Assembly: GCA_040954595.2 (NCBI GenBank)
Contig: CM082590.2
Location: 3,720,001-3,784,000, forward strand
DNA from: Balanoglossus misakiensis
Lineage: Eukaryota > Animalia > Hemichordata
Length of the DNA stretch: 64,000 nucleotides
Direction of reading: 5' to 3'
The position numbers and the translations under genes were made by a program. Position 1 is the first letter of the stretch, and each line of letters begins with the position of its first letter. Shown in pieces: positions 26,224 to 38,200 of this stretch. Below the pieces are notes generated by a model that had not been told where the DNA came from, did no database searches, and saw nothing but the letters and a program-made list of their open reading frames with translations.

Positions 26224-29200
26224 GCAATCAATCAATTAATCAATTAATGCTTTGTGTAAATGTAACACAATTATTTATTTATTAGCCATTCTCAAATGGC
26301 TAGATCCATGTAGTAGGATTGAACATACTTTAAAGTTTCTATTTCGTTCCGGTGTGTTTGTGTGTGAATGGTCATGTCTCACCTCTTTCAGTGCTTGTTC
26401 CAACATCTCTATAGGCTTCTTCAAATGTTTTGGGTCATCTTTCACCATTTCTGTTATTTTAAACAGAAGCATAAACACAGCATCTTCTGCTCTCAGGAAC
26501 ATGTTGTGAGTCACGTAGTACTCACACTGTCCAGCAAAATCCATGACAATGTATTCTCCAACCTTTGGTATGTCGACAGTTTTTACATCAATACCAGGTG
26601 TTGGTGTGTACCCAGTCTTGTCTGGTGGAGGGGCTTTTTCTGCAGCTCGTCGAGTCACATTCGCTTTCCAGAAGCCCTGTATGAAAGCAGTTCACATAAA
26701 ATTGCAGTAAGCGTTTGTGTTGACAGTGACACTTATGGGCGAGTAACACTATCATTTAAGCAAACTATTTCACCTGGACATCATGATAATGTTTAATAGA
26801 TTTTAATGACAATAGTTTGGTGAACTGTTTATGTATGCTGTACATTACAATATTCAGAAAACAGTGAATAAATGAATAATTTCATAGTATCACTGCAATA
26901 GATAAATAACAAACTTGAAACATCGACGAAACATTCGAAGTGGAAAATGGTGTGACCACACAATGTTTGACAAACATATGAGTTCAGATATGAAAATCAT
27001 TGTTACCCGTTGCAAAGATTTCACAAGGGTTGTCTTTCCAACACCACCAAATCCACAGACATGAACTCTACTACTATTTCGGGTGATGCCTGGTTCTCTC
27101 ATCAAAACACTGAATTCCTTCTTCCTCTGTTCGGCCTGATGTCAACAAAAAGAACTACGTTAACAGCACGCGACAGCATTCTCAGAAGACTGGCCAAATA
27201 TTGACAAATGTACTGTGATATCAAATGAACACTACACTGCATTGATGACACAATTTGGCTACGACAGCCTCATATTTAGTGCACTTAAAGGGACAAAATC
27301 TCTCTCACTGCCCTTTTACCATTAATTATGTTTGATGCAAGACACTCTTTATGTTAATTATGTTGGATACAAGACACTGTTTAGGTTAATTATGTTGGAT
27401 ACAAGACACCGTTTATGTTATTCTCCATGTGGATATATAGTGAATCAACGTTCAACAACACACAACTTCCATCCCGCTTGTAGACTTAAGAGTGAAAAAC
27501 TCGCCAAAATGAATAACTGGTGTTTACCATTTATTCATTTTGGGTGAGTTTTTACTCTCATATCCTACAAACGGGATGGAAGTTGTGTGTGGTCGAACGT
27601 TGATTTAAAATATATCCACTTGTAGAATAACATAAACGGTGTCTTGTATCAAACATAATTAATGGAACAAGGGCAGCGAGAGAGAGACTTTGTCCTGGGA
27701 GGTGTGTGTGGTCGAACGTTGATTCACTGTATATCCACATGTGGAATAACATAAACGATGTCTTGTATCAAACATAATTAATGGAAAATGGCATTGAGAG
27801 AGAGACTTTGTCTCTTTAATTAAAAAAAACAAGTAGAGTGATAAGTCTGGTGTGTTATGCATATGTCAAAATGCAGCGATTATGAATTGTGGATGAAACA
27901 CTGAATAAGAACGATGATACATGTAAGTATCATTTATTGGTAACAGAAAGATGAAAGAAACAATAGTATTGTCAGTATTGTCAACAAGTGCACAAGTTCC
28001 TATTAAAATTACCAAATAAAGGAGTACAATATTTTAGACCAACCAAATAATGTAAATTTAACGAAATCACATATAGCCACAGCCATGGTTTCACTTTGAA
28101 ATTTAAATTAGAGTGTACAAAGAGGTAAAAACTAATCTCCACTCTCCAAATAGTTTCTTTCAGTTTTTGTTCTGGAAATGAATTACTTGATCTCATTGAT
28201 GGTTGTATAACAAGTAAAAGCGTTCCTTTTGAATTTGACAGTTACTTTGTTTTTATGGGAAATATTACCTTCAGCAGAGATTTGATTCTTCTGTCGTCTG
28301 CATAATCCATAGGTGTCTTTCCGCCCTGTAAGGTGGAGAAAGGATTTTTAAAGCCATTGCTATGATTTGGTTAAAACTGCTTCATCACGTTTTATGCACA
28401 AATGAATCTTCACAAATCTACTATTTGCAAAACATGCCTCTGGTTGGAATTTCTTGAGTATCAGAATGTGACAGTCGGGACATTTTTTTATGGTTTTCTA
28501 GTTTGAAACTTTAAAGGGGAGTTCTCGTGGCGCTGAGATTGCGCGCGAGGGTGTCTCCCTTGATTAACTCCTTTCCCAGAATCCCTCACTCATCTCTGCA
28601 AAAGAAAAAAAATGGCTGCTATGGATAATAGTTAAGCGAGTTTCACTGACAGTACAGTTTCAACTACTAGTATAATGGTGACAGTACCTATTTTGTGCGA
28701 GAGAGGGTGGTGTCAGAAGAATATTACGAAAGTGATAGTTCGACTCGGCGAGCAAACGTGATAGTACAGACATCATATTGTCAGTAGGAATGCCGCATTT
28801 GAGCCGATTGGATCCCTGATCCAAGTCGCACCCACAATGCACTGCTGTTAAAGTGGGGCGGCATAACAAAAACTTTCATATCGATTGTGCATTGTGATAA
28901 AAGCTCAGATGGGTGTTAATGTGTAATTAACTCAATCGGCCATGTAACGCCGGGAACACACAGACTTGTACGCAGGGCTAGGAACACACATTCCCATATG
29001 CACAGACACATACGACACAACCCAACAATGAACTCAGCATGAACTGAACAAAACAATTGACCGTATTTACATATAGACTCATTTGAATGTCAATTTTGCA
29101 CTGGTTTTACGGCCGCCAAGCTGAAAGTTTTTGTTTCAGGGTTTTGACAAATATCTTTGGAGTAGGCAAGTGACAGGCAAAATCAGGAAACAGATAATGT

Positions 29201-32200
29201 CTCGTGACACGCGGCGACGGTGTGATTTTCAACATTACCTACAAAGTCATAAATTAGGACAACATGTGGAGGAAAATATTTAAAATAAAATTAGGCGTGA
29301 CTACGGCAACATTGCGATCATACTGGTGAACTTGTAGGGCTTCCCAACAGCCAGCAATCTAGATTTATCAACTGAAGACCATAATCCGAAAAAGTTGGAT
29401 TTTCAGAAATTTGCACTTTGTTTAATTTAATTTTCCTCTTGCAACAGGTTTTGCTTTCCACAAATAAACGCTTTTCACTAGCTTTCCGTCCATTTACGCT
29501 AACAACCGGGGGTAACAACAAACTGTGTTCGGAAACGCCTACACTAGATAATTTCAGGTCTTCGTACAAACAGAGGGAAAGAAACTGTCCGGTTTAATCC
29601 CCCTGAAATTTTACACATCCTAAATGCAAAATACATAATTAATTCATGGAGAGGGCGCTCTGCATCTGTCATCCACGGAAACAGGGTTTGAACGCTCCGT
29701 GAGTTTTTGACAAATTTTGTCATCGTACTGTTAAACTTGTTTACTGCGAAGTGTTCGGAGTGCAGTTTAACTACCTATGTAGCAGAAGTAACATTTATTG
29801 TGTTACTATCTGGTCATTTTTGGACGTTTGAAGGAGTTTTCAGTTTTCTCGTTACAACAAAGGAGCCCCAACCAGTATGGCGGCCGGCGCGGCGGGAGTC
29901 CGAAGCTACGCACAAGTCACCATGCCGTATGCAGACTCGGAAACTGCTGAGGACCACAAGTCCGTTCTATTTCTAAAACAATCGGATGTTGTTAGACCAG
30001 AGACCAAACACTGGTTAAAAGGTGAGGAGATCCTTGCTAGTATTGCTGAAGTAGTGCCAATTGAGAACATTGATGGCTTGCAGCGGATTTGTGATCTCTG
30101 TAGAATTTACCCAAGGGACAATGCCGATAAGCTAATACTGAAGCAACATGGTTTGTCTTTACGTGGAAAAGCAATAGAACTTTGGGATAAGAATCCATGC
30201 AGGCGTGAGTTGCAAGAAGTTTGTGTCAAGATCATTGTGAAAGATTTGCCGTTGTCGTTAGATGACAGCGTCATCGGGAGCTCTTTGTCTGCGATAGGCC
30301 TGAAAATTAAATCTAGGCTTTTGCGGCAAAGATGGCGGGTGAACGGCAAACTCACCAATATTTGCAATGGGGACCGCATGGTTTTCGTTGAAAAACCATC
30401 CAAAGATCTACCGAAATTTATTAAAGTCGGACCGTTCTCTGCAAGGCTTTTCAGTAGCTTGCAGAACAGAAACTCTGAGCAAGAAACAAAGTGTAACAAG
30501 TGCTTGCAACTTGGACATTTTAGCTACCAGTGCACAAATCCTTTGAAATGCAGACTTTGTTTCGGCAATGGGCACCTTGCAAAAGAATGTGTTAATGCCA
30601 AGTGTGAAAAGCCGGCCGAACAGGAGGTGGAAAGTGGTGTATGCACGTTGATTACTCCTGTGACAGAGGCAGTAATTATCACATCAACGCCACAACAAAG
30701 CACCACACCTACATGTACAAGTGACGCAGGCATTCCAACGCCTTTATCTACACCTGCTGCAGAACCGGCTTCGTCAGCTCATTGTGAGAGCCAACAGACG
30801 AGGGAGGCTACTACGAAGAGTGGATCGAACATAGGCAGTACTAGTCATGACACAGTGTGCAACGACCCATCATCCTCATCGAGACAACGAGCCTCGCAGC
30901 GGTCGATATCATCGTACTTTCCTGAGAAAAGACGCGATCCAAGAATACAGAAACCGAAAGATTGTGATCAAGACGATTCCGTCGCTGCTGTCGCGGACAC
31001 ATCAGCGAATATCAGCGAGAGCGAGTCTGAACAGTATACGTGGACTGTGACACAACAAAAGAGGAAATGTCCGATCTGTCACCGGAATCACCCGTGATTT
31101 TAACGCCAGCTTCCGGGACGACCACGGACAATAGAAAGAGACGCAAGAGGAAGAGGAAACTAAAGAAATGAGTAACAAATTACATATTGTAACTTTAAAT
31201 GTAAGAGGTTTAGGTAATTACTCTAAACGTAGAGATATCTTGCAATGGCTTAAACACCAGAAGGCGTCTTTTGCCGTTTTACAGGAAGTTTACGGTGAAA
31301 ACATAAATATTGTTCAATGGGAAAAAGAATGGGGAGGTCGGATAATTATGTCGGAAGGCTAAACATTGTAATGTTCATATTGACAGTGTTTAACAAGCAC
31401 CTCCTTAAAAAGGAGGATTACGTTATAAGTGTCCGTAATCTCCTGACACGGTGTAAAATTAAGTATGTGAATGTAGAAGCCAATGTTAGATGGGATTTGA
31501 TAAAGAAAGATGTGAAGGAGTACACGATTGGGTATTGTCATAATGTAACGAAGAATTCTAACACCCTCATTCCGGAGTTGGAGAAGCATTTGCGTACTGC
31601 TGAACAAAACATGCTCCATGAGCCGTCTGATTCCAACATTGAGGCTTATGGTTTAATTAAACAGCGTTTGGATAATCTTTTCACCCTCCGTGCCGAAGGT
31701 GCGCAGATACGCCCCAAGGCACGCTGGGTCGAAAAGGGTGAAAAAAGTACAAAGTTCTTTTTGGGTTTAGAGAAGACAAATGCCTCCAAAAAGGAGATTA
31801 ATGTTCTCCGTACAGCGCAGGGTACCTATGTAACTGATACGGAGCACATTCTTGAGGAACAGAAGAACTTTTATCAAAATCTGTATAAAGATAAGCCGAG
31901 AGATAGTTGCCTTGACGATTTTCTAGGAGATGCAGCTGTTTCACAGCTATCCCAGATTCAATCAGACATTTGTGAGGGTGAGCTCACAGAAAGAGAATGC
32001 TTTAAAGCACTGTGTATGATTGCTCCCAACAAATCTCCTGGATGCGACGGGTTAACTGGTGAATTTTATCGTTTTTTCTGGAATGATATTTGCGATTATG
32101 TATTGTCATCTTTAAATAGTAGTTACAGGTGTGGTTCGCTATCTTTATCTCAGAGACGAAGTTTACTTACACTGCTGTTTAAGAAAGGCTCCGAGGACGA

Positions 32201-35200
32201 TTTAAACAACTGGCGTCCAGTGTCTCTTCTAAATACCGATTATAAAATTGCTACTAAAGCTTTAGCTAATCGGTTACAAATAGTTCTTCCGTCATTGATC
32301 CATAGAGATCAAACCGGGTATATGAAGGGGCGTTTCATAGGTGAAAATGTTAGACTTATCTCTGACATCTTTCATTACTCAAAGAAGAACAATGTTGGAG
32401 GAGTTGCCATGTTCCTTGATTATGAAAAAGCCTTCGATAGCGTTAACTGGGACTATCTTGATGAAACTTTACGACGTATGAATTTTGGTCATTCCTTTCG
32501 TCAATGGGTAAAAACTTTCTACACGAACATTCAGAGCTGTATTTTATACAAGGGTTGGTCTTCAAGTTACTTCAGGTTAGAAAGGGGTGTCCGTCAGGGA
32601 TGTCCCCTCTCTGCACTTTTATTTGTAATAGCAATTGAGTTTTTAGCTTGTAAGATCAGGCACGATGAAACTATCAAAGGGTTTCGTCTGCCTGCTGGTA
32701 ATGGTCATGCCAAAGAAGCAAATATATCTTTACTTGCAGATGATACAACAGTATTCGTTGAAGATTTGTCTTCTGTTGTGTCTGTTCTCAAAGTAATGGA
32801 GAAGTTTCAAGGATGCAGTGGGCTAAGGTTAAATATAAAGAAAACGCAGGCTTTTAAACTTGGTAATTTAAGAAAATGTAACGATAAAGTGGGTAATATA
32901 AGTTGGACTGACAATCCTGTAAAAACTCTTGGAGTGTATTTTGGGTATGATGATGCTCTGTGTAAGCAGTTAAACTGGGATGATAAGTTAAAATCGTTAG
33001 GAAAAGTTTTGGAAATGTGGGGAAGACAGACGGCAACTCACGATTTATGGCTGTGTTCTCATTACCAAGTCTCTTGCTGTTTCAAAGATTATGTAATTAT
33101 CATCAGTAATTGGCATTCCCAATGATATTCTCTGTAAAGTACAACGTCTCGTTGACAGTTTTGTAAAACGTAAAAGGAGAATTTCGAACAAAATTCTTGA
33201 AAGTGGCTACAAGCTAGGAGGAGTTAATCATATTAATGTGAAATGCCAAGTGGAAGCAATGATGGCTCTTTGGGTTAAAAGAATAATAATGTGTAAAGAC
33301 GAGACATGGGCTGTTTTGCCCTGGTCATATTTGCTTTTAGATAATACCACAATTTTATTGCATCAGCACTCAATTTGGCAAAGGATTCCTGATTTTCTTT
33401 TATCTGTACTCCCTGAATTTTATGTAAATGTACTGAATGCCTGGTATGCGGTGAAACACAATACCTCCCGTGCAGGGAACCGTACCCTTGTCTGGTCCTC
33501 CATATTCAGGTGTTTTTATGCAGCTCACTCTGCAAGCGATGACTATGATGTCACACTTGGCGTTTCTAAATCTCCGGTCCACAAATTAACTTGTAAGGTG
33601 TTGTATACTCATCTCACTCAGAGGCACTCAGTTCAAGCTAGTGATAAACTCTCAAAATGGTTTTCTAAGTTAAATATCACCCATGTAAAGCCAGAGAGCG
33701 ACTGTTACAAAATCTGGCTGAGTGTGTACAAGTTGACTAAAGAGACCAAGTTAAGACACGGGCGTCATGGAACAATAAAGTGTATAGAATAGATATTAAT
33801 AAACTTAGCATAAACGCGACGTCCTCAATGAACAAAGAATAAAATATTTCATGGGTTTGTTTGGTGTAGACGAGAAATGCACTAAAGCTAGGCCAGTGTT
33901 AACTTTATGTGCAAAACCACACCGCATAGGCACCGTGTATACGATCCCGTCTTGGGCAGTAAAGGCGATGTCTATAAAACATGCGTGCGCGCCCGCAACT
34001 GATATGCCCTGTGTACGTACGTGAGTACACATATATACAGGGTATGAAACGAATTTTCAGCCCACCGCCATTTGGCAACTATTACGAAGAGAATCGCTAC
34101 CAAATCAGAGTATGCGTTTTAGATGACAGAGAAACCTAATGTCTAGCTATTCATGTTTCAAAAGTCGGTCGAACATTCGAGATATTATCGATCGAAAAGT
34201 GTCACTCGTCCTGGGGACGTGCGTTACCGACGTAAAATGGCGTTTGGGCGATGTCGCAAATTTCGCCATGAAAGGTATACATAGGACATACTGTTTTCAT
34301 GCAAAAAAATCATAGCAAATATAACAGTGATGCACATGAACAACGTCCACCATGACTAGTAGGAGCTGAGCTGAGCTCTCACATAGTTTCATTCACATGA
34401 TATAAAACCCGGCGATCGAACACGGCACTTCCGGTCACCAGATTCGCAATGGTTTTGTATACGGATTTGTTGTATTTTTCACGTTTTCCGTTTTTTATTC
34501 ATGATTAATCCAACACTTCTCTAGACACATTCTAAGCAAAAAATAAAATTATTGCTTACCTTTCGATGGCACTCTGCTCCGTAGAAAGAAGTGTCCCCCC
34601 TGTCCCCCCTTTTTGGTAACGCACGTCGCCGGACTCCATGAGAGCGATTGCATACCCTTCCATACACTGTATACGAACGCGTCTGTTTTGGCTAGCAATG
34701 GAGTCGTACGATCGTCTGCCGCGCGCGCTGGGCCGGGCGCGTGCGCGCGTGCGGTTGTAGATTGTTCGCTCGCATATTTTGCAAGTCCAGCTGTAGCTAG
34801 GCTGTTCGTGAGTGTAGTTCTCGTTCACATAAAAAAACACGAAATAATTTATTGTGTGTTCGTTTAGGCCTATGCTAAATTATCCATACACTTTATTGTT
34901 CCATGACGCCCGTGGTAAGAGAGTTTCAGTGGAAACTTCTACAACGCTTATTACCATGTAACAAGTATTTATACTTGTGGAAGTTAAATGATTCAATGTT
35001 CTGTCCTCTTTGTCACCAGATTGACTCTCTGGAACACAGATTTATATATTGTCAAATAGCTGTGAGATGCTGGAAATACGTCATCTCTAAATGTTCTGAG
35101 TGTAGCGAAATAACACCATCAGACATTATTTTTACAAAAGCTGGCGAGTATGTCAAACCCAAAGAAGAACGTTATGTTTTTCAGCTTTTAATTCTTCTTG

Positions 35201-38200
35201 GGAAATGGAGCATCCATAAGTACTGGGTGACCAATGAAAACACACCGATTGAAGTTTTAATCAAAAATGAGTTTATGTTAAGATATAAGATTGAAAAACA
35301 ACTGGATGCGAAAGCTGTTGTGCTAGCAACTTTTCAGAAAATTACGAGTTTACTGTAATTTTTAACCTCTTCAGGCCCGTGCAACAATACTGTCTTTTCT
35401 ATATTTATATAAACATGTAATTGAGGTGAAGGTTTAAATAAAAGATAAAAAAAAAAAAAAACATAATTAATTCATCAAGCCATCGACCGACCTCATTATG
35501 GCAAGTTTCTACGGCAATTTAAGCCTACGTCGCAAAACTTGGATTGAGCATAATGTTTGAATCGTGAAGTGGTAGCGTAGGTCACACTATATAGGGATTA
35601 CTCGATATACTCATGTCATCAATGGTGCAATTCTATTGCTGTCATGCCCCGTCAACGCTTTGATGGGCTGCGTCATTCATTCTAAAAATGAATTCTAAAA
35701 ATCTTATTTCAGGGATTTGTGGGTACATTTTCATCAAGAAACAAAGCACGCAAGCGCGGCGCGACGAGCTCTTCCGAGGCAGGCTAAATATTTATTGATC
35801 AGTACTGCAATAGAGGATTTCATTCATGCTTATATCAGTGAGATGGGTTCTCATTTATTTGACCTATACTATGATACATATTAATATTTACAATAATATA
35901 AATCTGCTGAACTTGATCTCACATTCAACAAAACAAACAAATTAATTTCACTTTTTAAATCATGACAAACAAACATGCTTTTAAACAAAAAATACATTGA
36001 AATATTTTTTTTTACAGAATCCATAATTAACAAGACAGGCTGTCATTGGTAAAAATAGGTTGTAAAGTCTGGGTTGTGGGGACTAAGGCAGAGGGATAGA
36101 CGTTAATTATTTATTTTTATTTACCTATGTTCAAAAATGTGTGATATTGATAATAAAACATGTCAACTGATGTGTGAGTGTGGAATAGAATTAGTGTGAT
36201 TACAGTAACTTACTTTGGACTGCACATCAACGCTGGCATTGGATTGCAGTAGAAGTTTCACCACATCACCATGGCCTTTGGCTGCTGCAATGAGTAACGG
36301 TGCCGAACCAACCTGTGGGAATACAACAAACATGTGTCACTGAGCATCTCTTACTATAACCGTCTGAGGAAACACACACTATTTCATTAAGCATGCAGTA
36401 GCACACATTCTGAAACATTCATTTTTGAGATGGCACAACATGTGTTGCCGACACTTTTTTTTTTTTTTTTTTTGGGGGGGGGGGGGGTAAATTAATAGTA
36501 GGATACATCCCAGTCCCCCACGAAATGGACATGAATGCATGATGAGGTGATAGGGCAGTGTACTTTGAGGGTACATTAACATCACATGTATTCTTTTACT
36601 TGAGATTTATGATACGCGCGTCTGTTGTTTTTATTTGAAGATACACTCTGTACAATACCTCAAACTGACAATGATCTAAATATTTTAAAAGCCTAGACAG
36701 CAGTTTCATTACCCTTTAAAAGAGCATTGGAATTAGCCAATCAAAGAACGCCAATTTTGAATGAAAGGTAAGAAATATGCGGAACCACTATTGACATTCA
36801 AATGATTATGGTAGACTTCAGCCAGACAACTTTTTTTTAGTCTCGCCAGCCAGACCTCTCTCTCTGTCATTCGACGGCATAGTCGCACGAAGTGCGCCAC
36901 GAGCGGTGAAGCCACAAGAATCGACAATGTCGCTGTTTGTGGCGACCTTCGTGTGCCTGTGCGCGACGTCGTCTGAAAGCGTGGTCTGGCCAGTGAGAAT
37001 GACGTATCTTTAGAATCAGTTTCATAAAGGTAGATGCATGATGACGGTTTATGAAAGAATCGCACTTTGTAGATTTTCGGTTGAAAAGTTAGTCATCCCA
37101 AGTTTTGGGATTTTTCTGTTGAAAATGATCCTTCTGGGTGGCACATACCCGTACACCTTCCTATGGGAGTCCCCCTGGCCTGTTGTGCAGGATACATGGC
37201 ACCCCTACAATTTACAATTATTTATTTTAGGAGCTTTATTTCGCTTCGCCGTTGTTACTGACAGCTATTACACTACAGTTTGTTTAAATATAAAATAAAT
37301 GTGTCATCGTGTATGTAGCAAAAGTTCATGGTTAGGTCCCTAACTTTCTGGTCAAAAAGTTAACTATTGGTAGATTATTAATCGAAAAATCTAATTACGA
37401 ATTTCGATATGAACACCCAGATCCCAACCTCTCGAATTACTTGACATTTTAATAAAATATTGCTTTATAGTGGTATGATATTCAAAAGTGAATTGGTTGG
37501 TCTCAAAAGAGATAAGAATTTAACTTGGCCGCAGGTATAGCCACGGTCAAAAAACTCTCCCTCAAACTCTTTCATACTTTTCATAATCCTATTATGTGTG
37601 TCGGTTTATTGCAGTAACACTAGTTTCGTAATTGACATCCGGAAGGTCGTCAACACTACAAAATATAAGTACAGTGTCACCTTTTTGGCCGTTTGGGCTA
37701 TTGGTGAGTGAGCATGTAAAGCCCCTTACCTCATTCTTAGCATTGACGTCAGCTCCATGGTCGATCAACACTTGTGCCGCTCCCAGTTGATTTGCGAGGG
37801 TGGCTACATGCAATGCTGTGTATCCAGACTGAAATTGACAAATTCATTTGAATTACAACAATCTATGTTCCAATGTTGGACTTGTAAGGTGACATGGCTA
37901 TCATTTCACTGGAATTGATTTGTAACTGTAAGTGTTGACTGATATTACGAGTTAAATGTGTGTAGCATCTATAGTTGTTTCAGACCAAAACACTATTGTT
38001 TCAGAGAACTTTTATAACGCGTCCAATAGATTGTTCTAACATGTGTTACACTATAAAATTTTAATATAATGTAGCGCACTTTACATGTTTATGCACACTC
38101 ATAGGTGCAACAGGTCTTAATATCATTTCATAAATTGCATTGATATATTGAAATTTTCAATCACACCAAATACTCTAACAGATAAACATGGCGGACGTGA

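Larger units (their letters stand above)
29648..35460 (+). mobile_element. Tx1/L1-clade non-LTR retrotransposon with both ends intact but decayed coding regions; intronic and antisense to the host gene
   Basis: 15-bp TSD ACATAATTAATTCAT at 29633-29647 and 35461-35475. AATAAA and poly(A) at the 3' end. Contains ORF1 and ORF2 remnants. Confidence 0.95.

Noticed and set aside
32730-32745. LADD instead of YADD in the RT as a novelty
   Set aside because: The first position of this motif varies among L1/Tx1 RTs, and this copy is decayed anyway.
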